From assembly GCF_006345805.1 (NCBI RefSeq), contig NC_043002.1, positions 45,446,001 through 45,510,000 of the forward strand: 64,000 bases of DNA, written 5' to 3'. Each line of letters opens with the position of its first letter. Position 1 is the stretch's first letter. Shown in pieces: positions 35,523-48,850 of this stretch. Origin of the DNA: Octopus sinensis (Eukaryota). The notes under the pieces were generated by a model. It saw only the letters and a list, made by a program, of their open reading frames with translations. It had not been told where the DNA came from and ran no database searches. Made by a program: the position numbers and the translations under genes.

Positions 35523-35680
35523 ATATATATATATAGACACACACACACATATTTATATACATACATATATACATACACATACATTTATATACATATATAT
35601 ATATGCACATTTATATACACATAAATATACATATATTTATATACATATATATACATACATTTAAATACGTGTGTGTGTAC
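35523..35680. repeat. Compound TA/CA/TACA low-complexity repeat
   Basis: Seen directly. Confidence 0.9.
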
Positions 35681-36488
35681 ACAGACAATAGGTGAAAGTT
35701 AGAAAAGCTTACACAGTCGTACTCTAAAGGATTTGAACTTCAGAGTTTAAGTTCAAATCCTTTTGAGCCCTGCACACACAGAATTACACAAAATATTGCC
35801 TCCACTGATTTTCAGAGACATCCACTTAAACATATGAATTAAACTGATATGGACTTAATGGACTAATTGCAAATAGACAAACGAGAATTTAATTTCTGTT
35901 AAGCTTCTATTCTTTTCATTTTCCCCAAAAATATACTTATTCAGAAACCTGTTATTAGAATAAATGAACTGTTATTTCGCATGAATGTAACTATCCCTAG
36001 TATTTGACTAATACTTTATCGCCCCTGACAGGGCAAAAGGCATGTAACTTCAGCAGGATTTCTGGAATATTGCAAAGCATTTTTCCCAATGTTCAAATGG
36101 TTCGACCAACCACTGCCTAAGTGCAAAGTATAGAGCAATAATTTGTCAAGTATGGATTATGGATTATCTCATACTGATAATCCTATATGGTAATGAAGAG
36201 AAAGAAGAAACTGGATTAGTAGAATCTTTAATGCATCAAGAAAAATAACTAGTTTTTAGTGGCAGTTTATCATGTTCTCAATTATAAATAAAGTACCAGC
36301 CACAAGTATTGAAGTCGTTCATATCAACAAACCCCCATCTCTCAAAACTGCTATTGGTTTTATGCCTAAATAACAATTATTTCCCATACAAGCATGAAGT
36401 AACAAGCGGGAATATAGATAAGAGATGAAAAGATGTAGTTTAAGTTTGTCAAGCACTTATGGTTATTCCAACGAATCAATCATCAGTT

Positions 36489-36497
36489 ACGGAAGTG
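36489..36497 (+). promoter_or_regulatory. ETS/GABP-type motif ACGGAAGTG
   Basis: Motif match only, in the repeat-poor region upstream of CPSF1. Confidence 0.25.
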
Positions 36498-37641
36498 ATA
36501 ATTTAACATTAAAAAATATATTAGCAAGTCTTTGATGCCGATTTAGGTTTCCATTTTATCCAGTATTTTCAAGCATATATTTTATTAAGTTTTAGACATT
36601 ATTGGATTCCTTGCAAAGAATCACTTTGAAATACAAAACAATGTTGATGTAAGTCACACCGGTCATTCATATTCGTTACATTTTATTTTGGACATCATGT
36701 ACTTATAATTACTTTCAGAAATGATGAAAATAATTTTTAACCAACTTTCTTAATAAAGCCTATTTGCTACGGCATAAGTGCCCACCAACATCTTTATCAG
36801 AAGTCAATTTTATTCCTTTAATTCTTTTTCTGCTATGTTGAAAGGAAGAATACATGTCACGCTTTGCTATTTTTTTTTTCTTTTATTGTTCGAGAACATA
36901 AAATACCGAATCTATGAAACATACGGAGATGTTTTTCAAATAAGAATTTTGTTTCGTTTAAATTACACTAGTGTAAAATTAGCATTCATAATACTTATTA
37001 GTTCTGAATTTTAAAATAATTATAACTAAAAAGTAAAAATCTCGTGTATATTCTACAAAATTTAAGTTTAATACTAATCCAGAAAAGTGATGCCGGTATT
37101 GTTTTTCATTTTTTTATTAAGTGCTTTATTAGTAAATACAAGCTTAAAGTATTGGGGTGCATTATATAACGATTATATCCATAGCATCCAGGATTATATA
37201 AAAACAAAAATTACTGAATTTATTTTTAAGAAGTTAAAAAAGGGTTCTTAGTTTTGTTTTAAATTGTGGAAGTAAAGAAGACTTACTACATATAGCTGTC
37301 AGTAGATGATAAATGAAAGACAATACCTGAATACGAGAAAGAATAGTCGATATTCGGAGCGAAAAAAAAGTCTTACAATAAAGTCGGAAAATAAAGTCTT
37401 ATAGAGGTTTCATAATATAGTCTGTATTAAGTTAGAACTGAATCTTTTATGAAAAATCCCCTCAAACAAAATTAAATTAAGCAATATCCTTATAAAGTTA
37501 TGCTATATAAGATAATGCAAATTGCTGAATTTGGCATCAGAGATAGTCTAAGATAGCTTATTATAATGTGACTAAAGAACAACAATGAGGAACAGAACAT
37601 TATTACCTAAACATAGAGAAAAGACATCCTATAATAAATAC

Positions 37642-37652
37642 GGCGCCATTTT
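37642..37652 (-). promoter_or_regulatory. YY1-type motif AAAATGGCGCC, candidate near the CPSF1 transcription start
   Basis: Matches the YY1 consensus (CGCCATNTT), in the CPSF1 sense orientation, 2.4 kb upstream of the first coding exon. Confidence 0.35.
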
Positions 37653-38189
37653 CAATGTTCTAAAGGCGAAGAGAAGGTTGCTATTTAGAAAATATACAAC
37701 TTTTAATACTAATTTCACCAAATTATTTTAACGCTATAAAATCCTGTATAAGAAAATAAAAATCAAATGTTTATAGATTGCATAGTTTATCTTTGATATA
37801 TCAATAATATAACGTACAAAACTAGCTCTATATACGGGTAGCTTTACATTTTAGTTTCGTACACACATGTGACTGCAGTTTATACTGTTATTAGGGTTTG
37901 ACTGTTTGAATTTTGTCTGTGAGTCTTTTATTATCGTTTAACATGTGCACTTATATATTTGATATCTTTTTACTTGCCTTTATTTTAGTACTAACCAGTT
38001 CTCACTTCTTTCTAATGAAGTTGTCACTAATATAACTAACAATAATAAGCGGTATGAATTTTTAAATATCTCCCTTCTCGAATTCTTTTAATTATTTCTT
38101 TTTTTTTTTAAACGGTGGACGGAGTTCTAGTTTTAATGTATTGTACATCAGATATTCAGGATCTACAGCAGCTATTTTTCTTGATCTGA

Positions 38190-38810
38190 AACTTTTACAA
38201 ACCACATGATTTCGGATTCAGTCCCACTGCGCGGCAAGTGTCTTTCTACTTTAGCCCCGAGCCGACCAGGGCCTTGCGAGTAGATTTGGTATATAGTAAC
38301 TGAAAGAAAAACCATCGTCTATATATATGGGTGGGTGTGTGTGTATAGATATAACAATTGTAAATTTATGAAGGTAATAAAGCCTATTATTTCTTCACGA
38401 AGAAATAGTGGCAATGAAATGGCAATAATATTCATGCTCCTCCCAACGACATTATCGACTTAAATCGAAACTAGCTTGTGAAATAAAACCACCAAGCACT
38501 TAGGTTCAGTACACTATGGCGCAGATGTAACTGTTTAAGAAGCTCGTCTTGCAACAACTTGGTTTCAAGTTCAGTCCCACTGCGTAACATTTTAGGCAAG
38601 TGTCTTCTACTGTACCCCCGCTAACTAATGCTTTGCGAATTAATTTGGTAAGAGGAAACTATGTGTAACACCCTTCCATCTTTTCGCCGCTTGGTTTGTT
38701 TATGTCCCCGTTATGTAGCAGTTCGGAAAAGACCGATAAAATGGGTATCAGCCTTTAAAGAAAATAAGTACTAAAGTTGATTTGTTCGACTAAACCCTTT
38801 CAGGGCGGTG
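38190..38810 (+). mobile_element. Two older CORE-like SINE copies (38190-38330 head; 38515-38810)
   Basis: GGTTCAGTCCCACTGCG heads and 3' half motifs. Confidence 0.7.
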
Positions 38811-39370
38811 CCCTAATCAACCTCGTTTCTTTGTTGTCGCCTTTAATACTTCTACGGTAAGCTTCTACATGATCGCTCACCTTACTAAAATGGTAGATCG
38901 AATTCTACTTTAAACACGCTATATAACCCCTCAAAACTTTTATTTTTAGGAATTTTTAGAAAACTTTTGCGAATTAGTGTTCTACACGCGGGAAATCCTA
39001 TGGTTATCTAAAAACCAAAAAAAAAAAGATTTTCTGTGTGATTTAAGGGCTATGTAGCTGTTATTGTTAGCATATCTCACGACCATCTGATACCCTCGTT
39101 CGCTTGGACTTAATCAAAATATTCGAACTGTCCATATTTTAAACTGATTATAATAAAAACATTCGAAAATTAAAAATCTTTTTCGTAATCGTATGAATTC
39201 CTGTGTTGAACACAAATGCATTAAAATTTTCTGAAAATTCCAAAAAACAAGGTTATGTGGGGTGCTTAAAGAATAATTCCACCTAAAGGTATTCCGACTG
39301 TGGTCTTTCCGTCTTTAAGAAAGCTACTAATGGCTGAGAACCCTAAATAATCTGAATATTTGTGCTTTAA

Positions 39371-39585
39371 CCCTTTAGTGTTCTGATTATTCTATCAAAC
39401 ATAATGTTTATTGATTCCCATTGATTTGAATTAATCATGCATTATCTCATATCTTCAAGATCTTGATGGTGCAATTACTTAATGTAGAATAACATTGTAG
39501 GGTAGGTGTGAGAGCCTGGATCTGATCAGTCTGAACATAAAACAGATTAGATATTTTGGCCGGATATGGCCGGTTTAAATGAGAA
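39371..39585 (-). mobile_element. piggyBac-type MITE family A
   Basis: TTAA|CCCTTTAG start; body matches family A. Confidence 0.72.
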
Positions 39586-40092
39586 TATAGTGTTAACCTC
39601 ACAGCGGCCCCTGTGTTATTTTGATACATGCTTTCACCCCCTCCCCCGCATTAATTTTGAAAGATAATGTTGGAACAATGCTGCATAAATCTCATAATTA
39701 ACCTAATTCAAACAGGATTTTGAGATTTAGTGAAGGACATTTGAAATTCAAACCCCTTGACAAAGGTAAAAACTTTTGGAAATATTTTTTTTTATATTAT
39801 CAGCATGGTATAATTTGAGAAAAATGAGACCCACTTTGATTTTACTGCATAGCTTGCAGTTTTCCAATGCCATTCACATTTGTAGGATAAAGTGGAGGGT
39901 AAATTACCAATTTCCTACTATTACTGGCAGATCAAGCTTCTGCGTATTGATTCCTTGAAGACTTACATCCAAACTTTACGGTTGCAGTCTTGAAATGCAA
40001 TTTTAGAATTAACTTACATCACCCCAGTTCTGAAAATATTTCCTACTTATTGCTCCTTTGCTATTTCAGAGGGATTTACATATAAATCCCAC

Positions 40093-40491
40093 TGGGCCGT
40101 TGCGCCTCCACTGGGCAATGGCCCAGTGGTTAGGGCAGCGGACTCGCGGTCGGAGGATCGCGGTTTCGATTCCCAGACCGGGCGTTGTGAGTGTTTATTG
40201 AGCGAAAACACCTAAAGCTCCACGAGGCTCCGGCAGGGGATGGTGGTGATCCCTGCTGTACTCTTTCACCACAACTTTCTCTCACTCTTCCTGTTTCTGT
40301 TGTACCTGTATTTCAAGGGGCCGGCCTTGTCACTCTCTGTGTCACGCTGAATATCCCCGAGAACTACGTTAAGGGTACACGTGTCTGTGGAGTGCTCAGC
40401 CACTTACACGTTAATTTCATGAGCAGGCTGTTCCGTTGATTCGGATCAACCGGAACCCTCATCGTCGTAACCGATGGAGTGCTTCCAATCC
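40093..40491 (+). mobile_element. tRNA(Arg-like)-derived SINE with (CCAAT)n tail and 8-bp TSD
   Basis: A box TGGCCCAGTGG, B box GGTTTCGATTCCC; TSD AATCCCAC at 40085-40092 and 40492-40499. Confidence 0.88.
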
Positions 40492-40716
40492 AATCCCACA
40501 GATAAATATTGTGCTAAATTGTATTTTACTACATAAAATCTTTAGTGAACTGTACTCAACGGTGTGATTCTAGGTTCCGCTGTGCAGCACTTTGTACAAC
40601 TGCTTTCTACCATAACCTCATGTTGACCAATGTTCATTAATGGAATATGGTAGGCGGAAACCAGGAAAACCCAACATGTTTAGCTACATTTCTTTATTAT
40701 TAGCATGAGAGCCTCA

Positions 40717-40903
40717 CTCTTTTACTTGTTTCAGTCATTTGACTGCGGCCATGCTGGAGCACCGCCTTTAGTCGAGCGAATCGACCCCGGGACTTATTCT
40801 TTGTAAGCCCAGTACTTATTCTATCGGTCTCTTTTGCCGAACCGCTAAGTGACGGGGGCGTAAACACACCAGCATCGGTTGTCAAGCAATGCTAGGGGTA
40901 CAA

Positions 40904-40938
<35 letters not shown>

Positions 40939-41102
40939 CGACAGGCTTCTTTTCAGTTTCCGTCTACCAAATCCACTCACAAGGCATTGGACGGCCCGGG
41001 GCTATAGCAGAAGACACTTGCCCAAGATGTCACACAGTGGGACTGAACCCGGAACCATGTGGTTGGTTAGCAAGCTACTTACCGCACAGCCACTCCTGCG
41101 CC
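40717..41102 (-). mobile_element. CORE-like SINE type a (young-looking full copy)
   Basis: Reverse complement of the type a consensus. Confidence 0.9.
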
Positions 41103-41334
41103 TTGTATTTGTTTCTGTTAAGGAGCATAAATAAGGTGAACTTAGCCAGCAATAAACTGCAATGGATAAAAAGGGTACCAGAATAAGTGAGGGTAGTTTG
41201 ATTCAAATGATGGCGGACCAAATTCCTATAGAGTTTGCTTAGGCCCTTTACACTGCCAAAATCAACTTTTCCTTTAATTCTTCTGGGATTAAGACAAAGT
41301 ACCACTCGAGTACTAAGGTCTATATGACATCCTC

Positions 41335-41645
41335 GTCATGGCTGTGTGGTAAAAAGTTTGCTACCCAACCACATGGTCCTGGATTCAGTCCCACTGCATG
41401 GAACCTTGGGCAAGTGTCTTTTACTACAGCCTCGGGCTTACCAAAGCCTTGTGAGTGGATTTGGTAGATAGTAACTCAGTTTTTTTTTTTTGTGTCTGTG
41501 TTTGTCTGTCACAACCAGTGTTGGTTTGTTGATGTCCATGCAACTTAACAATTCAGCAAAAGAGACCAATAGAATAAGTATTCATTCCACTAAAAACTCT
41601 TCGAGGCAGTGCCTCACCATAGCCACAGTCTAATGACTGAAAAAA
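41335..41645 (+). mobile_element. CORE-like SINE type a, older
   Basis: Head and 3' half recognisable. Confidence 0.78.
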
Positions 41646-42664
41646 GTTTTAAAAAAAGCATAAAAAGTCAGTGGAATTGTTTTGTATTAGAAGAATATGT
41701 CTAAAATCTGGAAGACAGGGTAGAGTTTTAAAATCCCTCTCTCCTGAAGTCCTATATCTCATGAAAAAGAACAGAGTATGCCAGTGGGGGAGCATTAATG
41801 TAAAAACTTGAAATTTTTTGAGTATCATAATTTCCGTTTTTGAAATACAAGTGTATTGAAAAAATAAAAGACCAAAACCCACCCCTTTCATTTCCTGTAA
41901 GATATGAGACTTTCTAGAACTCTTACCTGTTACATATTAGGGTTTGTAGAATATCCTGGATATCAGTTGAATTTTTAGAACATTTCAACTAAGACTTCTT
42001 GAAGCCCAATATGGCCACAGTCAAGCAACTGAAACCAATGAAAGAGTACTAACTTGTTTTGTTAATAAAAACTTGTTTCAATTGTTACTTATTGTTCTTT
42101 TTTTTTTTCTAACATTTTTAATTCAGTTTTCTGAGTTTAAAAAAATCTCTTGTTGAATTGTTGAAAGATTATGGGATTTCTTGAACATGTTAAAATGAAA
42201 TGCAGATGAGTTTAAAAGCTTCCTGAAAGTTGAATGAAGTTGGGCAGGTGTGGATATTTGAAACTTGGGATTTATAATTTTGGAACAGAATAGCTGTTCC
42301 ACATTATTAGAAATTTCTGGGGTTTTTTTTTTTTTTTTTTTTGTGAGCGGTGGGTCCAGATTATTTTTAGTATCCCATATTTCAAAGCAATGGGAGGAGG
42401 CCTTTAAAAAAAATGAATCTTTTTAAATCTGTTTTTCAAATGTCTTGCCCCACCCAATCATTTTTCAGAACAGCCAGCCACCTTTAATTGTGATAGTCAG
42501 TGAAGTGAGCAGGGTTTTTTTTTTTTTTTATGCAAATGTCTTTTAGACTGTGATGAAAGAAAAATAATCATTTTAGTGGTGGCTATTGTTTTGAAGGCTT
42601 GATGGTAGGATCAGACATTTGAAAAATATGCATGCTCCACTAACTGTGTAATGTTAGTTTTCAC

Positions 42665-43330
42665 CAGCATCATTTAATGTCCACCTTCCAAGCTGGTATG
42701 GGTTGGACAGTTTGATAGTATTTGGCAAGTCAGAAGACTGCACCAGGCTCTACTGTTGGCTTTGATATAGTTTCTATGGCTGGATGCCCTTCCTAATGCC
42801 AACCACTTTACAGAGGGTATTGGGTGCTTTTTTTGCATGGCACCAGCAGCAATAAAGTCACCAAGTAACTTGCAACACAAAAGCCCTGAACTGTCATCAT
42901 CATTGTTTAACGTCCGCTTTCCATGCTAGCATGGGTTGGACGATTTGACAGGTCTGGTGAACCAGATGGCTGCACCAGGCTCCAATCTGATCTGGCAGAG
43001 TTTCTACAGCTGGATGCCCTTCCTAACGCCAACCACTCCAAGAGTGTAGTGGGTGCTTTTACGTGCCACCGGCACGAGAGCCAGTCAGGTGGTACTGGAA
43101 ACGGCCACGCTCAAATGGTACTTTTTATGTGCCACCTGCACAGAAGCCTGTCCAGTGGTACTGGCAACAACCTTGCTCAAATTTTTTTTTACGTGCCACC
43201 AGCATGGAGGTCAGTTTGTTGCTCTGGCAACAATCACGCTCGTATGGTATTCTTAGCGCTCCACTAACAACAGATGCCAGTCATCAAACTTGTTTTCGAT
43301 TTCACTTGCCTCAACAGGTCTTGGCAAGCA
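42665..43330 (-). mobile_element. Two tandem RTE 3' UTR fragments
   Basis: Shared tail twice, an array, and UTR motif GACCTGTTGAGGCAAGTGAAATCGAA. Confidence 0.82.
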
Positions 43331-44014
43331 GAGTTTAGTGGGGGGAATATTATTGAGGGAAGTGGATTTGTGCCATGTGATGAGAAGTTACAGTATGATT
43401 TGAGGGACAGAAATAAGTGTCTTGCAATAGAGGAAATGCTATCCCAGTTAGAAAGAGAGAGAGAGAGGGTAGTGAAGATGTGATGGGATGTACACTAAGT
43501 TACAAGGAGATAAGTTGTACAGAGAGTTAGAGTGCATGGTTAGTGCAAATGAATAAGAAATTTGGTAAAAGGGGAATTGACTGCAATGCAAAAGAGAGGG
43601 TACTGATACAGATGTAATGTCACTGGAAAGGGACAAGTGGATAAAGCAGTATCAGATGAAATGAATCTGTTGAGAAGAAAGAAATGGTAAGGGCTGATCT
43701 AAGGATATTGAACCCCATGAAGCTGTGCTGAAGAAGACATCCATCCCATGGAAGTATCAGATATAAAAAAAATGATGATGCCAAAAATGTAACCCAAGTA
43801 AATCCAAAGATCTATCCTTTGGTCACACAACAGTGTTCATAACAAAAGAAAGTATTTACTTCTCTTGACTAAAAAACATTGATGCGGACACAGGCATGGC
43901 TTTGTAGTTAAGAAGCTTGCATCACAATTATATCATTCTGAGTCTCATGCCACATTACTGCACCTTGAATTAACTCGCACAACTGCATGGAAACCCATCA
44001 GTTACATTGTGTAA

Positions 44015-44573
44015 CCCTTTAGCATTTAAACTTGCCATATCCAGCTCAAACTAATATCCAACCTATTTTATGTTAAAGCCAACCAGATCTGGTCTCTCAC
44101 ACTTTGACTACAATGTCATTGTAAAAATAAACAAGGTGCAGGGGTGACTGTGTGGTAAGTAGCTTGCTTACAAGCTACATACTTCGAGGTTCAGTCCCAC
44201 TGCATGGCACCTTGAGCAAGTGTCTTCTGCCTCAAGTCAACCTTGGGAGTGGATTTGGTAGACGGAAACTGAAAGAAGCCCGTCATATATATGTATATGT
44301 TTGTCCCCCCCCCCACATCGCTTGACAACCGATGGTGGTGTGTTTACATCCCTGTCACTTAGTGGTTCGGCAAGAGAGACTGATAGAATAAGTACTGAGG
44401 TCGATTTGTACGACTAAAGGCAGTGCTCCAGCATAGCCACAGTCAAATGACTGAAACAAATAAAAGAAAGAAATCACTGAAATCTCAAAGTTACAAGATA
44501 ATGCACGATTAATTCAAAACAATGTGAATAAATAAGCATTCACATTTAACAGTGTAATCTAAATGTTAAAAGG
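44015..44573 (+). mobile_element. piggyBac-type MITE family A split by a SINE (44133-44470)
   Basis: Two halves rejoin at ...AAATAAACAA|ATCACTGAAATC; right end AAAAGG|TTAA. Confidence 0.78.
44133..44470 (+). mobile_element. CORE-like SINE type a nested in a MITE
   Basis: Full head to tail. Confidence 0.85.
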
Positions 44574-44597
44574 TTAAAACCACTACCTGGCCCTTAA

Positions 44598-44817
44598 CCC
44601 TTTCATTACCAACCCGGCTGAAACTGGCTCTGGCTTTGAGTATAAATGTCTTGTTTTCATAAGTTTTGAATTAAAATCTTCCACCAAACCTCAGTCACAA
44701 TTTATGTTCCTAACATTAGCTTAATGATAACTAAGTTATTTTATTAAATTCCTTGTTATATTTAAAGTAATTGAAAGAAACACAGAGCATCTCCAAACAA
44801 GTACAGTAACGAAAGGG
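44598..44817. mobile_element. piggyBac-type MITE family B
   Basis: TTAA|CCCTTTCATTAC...GTAACGAAAGGG|TTAA. Confidence 0.85.
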
Positions 44818-44929
44818 TTAAATGACTTTAGTAGTTTCAGCCAGCTCTGTTGTAAACATTGAAGTCAGGTTTGTAGTTAAGGACTTCCTCTCCCCAATCA
44901 TGGAGATCCTACATGAGTACTTCCTTCTC

Positions 44930-45782
44930 TTCATTATTATCATCATCGTCATTTAACGTCTGCTTTCCATGCTGGCATGGGTTGGACAGTTTGAAGACTG
45001 CACCAGGCTCCAATCTGATCTGGCAAAGTTTCTACAGCGGATGCCTTTTCCAACGCCAACCACTCCGAGAATGTAGTGGGTGCTTTAACGTGCCACTGGC
45101 ACGAGAGCTGGCATTGACCACGCTCAAATGGTGCTTTCTACATGCCACCAACACAGGAGCCAGTCAAGCAACGCTGGCAACAACCACACTGAAATGGTGC
45201 TTTTTGCGTGCCAACAGCACAGTATCCAGTCAGGCGGCACTAGCAACAATCGCGCTTGAATGGTTCTTTTAATGTTCTACTGGCACGAGTGCCAGTCAGG
45301 CGGTACTGTCATCGGCCATGACAACAAGTTGCAAACTGAGATTATTGCCCAATAATTGAAGAGTACTCTTAAATGGGCTGGTTATGCAGCACTGGTATAG
45401 GCCATGGTTATGGTCTCACTTGGCTTGCCGGGTCTTCTCAAGCACAGTATACCTCCAAAGGTCTTGGTTGCTTGTCATTGCCTCAGACAGGCCCAATGTT
45501 CGAAGGTCATTTTTGGCCACCTCATCCCAGGTCTACCTCTTCCACAGGTTCCCCCAACTGCTAGGGTGTGACACTTTTTCACACAGCTGTCCTCATCCAT
45601 TTGCAACACATGACCATACCAGCGCAGTCACTTCTCTTGCACACCACATTAGATGCTTCTTAAGTCCAACTTTTCCCTCAGAGTGCTTACACTGTCATGT
45701 ATGCACCCCGACATTACACATCCAGCGGAGCATACTAGCTTCATTCCTTGCAAGCTTACGCATGTCCTCAGCAGTCACAGCA
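44930..45782 (-). mobile_element. RTE LINE 3' fragment, different 3' UTR subfamily, with stem-loop array
   Basis: ORF2 C-terminus (AEDMRKLARNEASMLRWMCNV...), then a distinct UTR, an array and the shared tail. Confidence 0.88.
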
Positions 45783-46479
45783 AGCAATAAATAATAAAAC
45801 CAACAAACAAATCTTTTGATCATGTTTTAAGGATCCTCTGGAAAGAAGATAGTACAGTTGATATTAAAAATTATGAAAGGAAAATATGGATTGCCAATAG
45901 AACTAAGATAAGTCTTTATTATGAATTTTTAAAAAACTGATGTCCTCTCCAAATCATTTGGAGCACTATAAAGGACTTTATGCAGTGAATCTAGGGAGGT
46001 TTCATTTGTATGACTACTGCTGCATTCTCCCAGTTCTTGGGATTGGTTTAGTTCTGCAATCAAATAAGCAATCCTAAATTCTAGATAACATTTAAATTCA
46101 ACAGTGAACTAGGTCTTGTGAAGTAAGTATTTAGCCTGTAGTTTTGCCAAACAATGTCCTACTCCACACACAATTGTAATAACAAGTTCAGACATTTTAA
46201 AGTAAAAAATATTTTGAAATAGTTGGGGAGGAATATGTATATTGTAAGCAAAATTTTTTATTGAACTATTCTGTTATGAATAAATGTTTACATTTCATGC
46301 TTTTTTAAACTTTTCTCTTCATGCAAGTTTTAACTGACATTCTAACTAAAAGTATGTTTTTTTATACTCTGAATGAAAGAAAACTTGTACAGAAATATCA
46401 TGTCATTACTAGAAGAGTGTCACAATTCAAATACCTAGTTATTAATGATGTCTTTTTTTCTTTTTTACATTAACTTGCT

Positions 46480-47620
46480 GGGTCTGGAGGAAAAGGCAAT
46501 TTTCCTAGACCAGTGAGATTGATGCAGGAAGTGAATTCTAGAGCTCTGATATTCTGGTAAGAAAGAAGAAAGCATAATGACTTGTGTGGGTGCCTGGAGG
46601 TAGTTAAGAACCACAAGGTTAATGAGAAGAGGAGAGACAAGAATGCTAAAGTGGAGGTGACAAGCCATTATATGTTGCAGTAGAAAAGACCAGAGACTGG
46701 AGAATACAAGTGACTTTATGCTATTCAGTCGGGTGTCCTTTTTCCAAATGTAGTCCAGGATGTCTGTGTCTGCAGTTGTAGTGCCACCCCAAATGTGAGA
46801 GCAATACCCCACTGGCTATCACCTGAGCGTTTATAGAGAATAAATAATTATTGTTGGGGGCTGAAATATCTTCTGGTCCTAAAGAGCAAGACCAATCATT
46901 GGGATATGGTCCTAGTTATGTTACAGATGTGATAGGGTGACCCAACAATTAGTGATTTTTAAGGATTCTAACTTAATGCTACTCAAGATTAAGTGGAGCG
47001 TGTTATGATGAGTAGTGTTTGTGTTGCTGTAGAAAGAGACAAGATTGGCATATCCCCATCAGAGAAGGTTTATGCTCATATCAGTGTGTTTGTGAGCATG
47101 AGTGTCAGGTGCATGTAGATATATATATATGGTTGGAAGAATGAAGGGTAGTGTCATCTGCAAATGGTTGAGCATTGATACACGTGGTGGTAAGTCATTG
47201 ATGTGTAGTAAGAAGAGAATAGGAGACAAAACCAAATCCTGGAGCATGCCAAAGTCAAGAGAATGAGAGGCAGAACGAGTTCCATCAGCACAGTGATAGT
47301 TAAATCTGACGATAGAAAGCTATCAATCCTAGAAATAAGAGATAGGTAGAACATATAGGCAGAAAGTTTCAATAGGATATTTGCATACCAAATACAGTTT
47401 AAAGATCTGCTGATATTGAGAGCAATAACATTGTTTTCACCAAATTCCTCCAAAGCAAGAATTCACTGACGGATCACAGAAGAAAGTAGATGGCCACAGG
47501 ATTTGGCTTTATGGAAGTTGGACTAAACATTAAGGAAAGAGAGGTTCAAAATGATGGAGAATATCACTAATGATTGTCTTCTTCACCTTAGAGACATTAG
47601 AAGTGAGTGCAATAGGGTCT
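46480..47620 (-). mobile_element. Fossil CR1/Jockey-group LINE RT region
   Basis: Degenerate IALNISRSLNCIW, LVLSPILFLLHINDL, YCSHIWGG and terminal NSLP motifs. Many frameshifts. Confidence 0.72.
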
Positions 47621-47677
47621 CAGAGGTTACCTTTCTTAGGAATGAAACATACTGTAGCATGTTTCCAAGTATTAAGG

Positions 47678-48850
47678 TACAGGGTGACCAAAAAAAAAAA
47701 CAACCCATAAAAATTTTATCAAATCCTACAGAGTTCCAGCAAATTTCTTGACATTTGCCAGACTTAAACTTCGGTCTGTGTACGATCGTTTCCTTTACAT
47801 AAAAGTTATGTTCTTTTCAAAGTATGCTCCAAATGGTCTCTGCGACATTGGAGATATCTCATGCAAAATTGTCAATTACTCAAACACATTTCTCTTTAGG
47901 GATTTCCCCGATTTCTGCTTTGATTGCTGCCTACAGTTCACTAATCATTTTAAGGTTGTTCTGGTAAGCATTATCCTTGAGATACCCCCACAGATAAAAT
48001 ACTGGGGGGTTCAATTCCGGTGAATGCAGGCTAGGAAGTCGTTTGATGCGTGGGGGTGGCACCTTCTTGCAGGAACCACTGTTCATCTCGATCTGTCCTT
48101 CTGTGTCATCCCTGTGATACCCAAAACTTCCTCAGCACTGCTACATAGTGCTCTGTATTCACCGTTTGAGTTCTCATTTTCGTCTTTGAACTAATATGGG
48201 CCGATGATGCCATGTTTAGAGATTGCTACTCATGGTGTGCACTTTGTTGAGTGTAACGACCTCTCAAACACTTCCTCTGGTGTGGATGTACCCCAATAAA
48301 CTTTATTTTTGCTGTTTATATGTCCTGACAGCAAAAAGTGTGCTTTGTCAGAGAACCAAACACGATCCAAGAAGTCTGGATTGTCTTCGACTATCTCACA
48401 AAATCATTCACACATGGTTATGTGTTTTTCTATGTCTGCCTTTGTAAGTTTTTGCTTTATTTGGATCTGATAAGGATACAAATGAAGATCTGATTTAAGA
48501 ACATGCCTCAAAGACTCTTGAGAGATTCTCAATGTTATCAAAGTGATTTCTTTGGGCTCCGCCCCACCAAGTCCCATACAGCATCAATGTTTCTTTCTGT
48601 TCTAGCACTCACCCTTTGACAGAATAAGTGTCTCTCAGACCTTTAAAAATAAGATTTTGCACAGTCCCGTACTCTCTGAATTTCTGAACCCAGTCAAAAA
48701 TTCTACTTTTTGATGGAGCATGATAACACCAAAACTGTCTGAAAATTTGTTTGCACTGCAGTGTATGATATGTTGGCGAAATAAGCCTCCAGGCAAAATG
48801 TCTTTTCTTTTGTTGAAGGATGTCTTATGTGTTTGCTTAGTAATAACATC
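47678..48850 (-). mobile_element. Fossil Tc1/mariner DNA transposon
   Basis: Degenerate transposase: HTH region, VWFSDKAHFLLSGHINSKN, WFLQEGAT, ...HLEH. One terminus TA|CAGGGTG at 47678; the other TIR not found. Confidence 0.75.

Noticed and set aside
38820-39300. Possible MITE with relatively high CpG content
   Set aside because: No convincing TIR pair or TSD and no second copy in the window.
40110-40185. SINE heads as real tRNA genes
   Set aside because: No complete cloverleaf or acceptor stem; they run into SINE bodies and are multi-copy.
43330-43760. Possible CR1 endonuclease fossil
   Set aside because: Too degenerate to support by eye.
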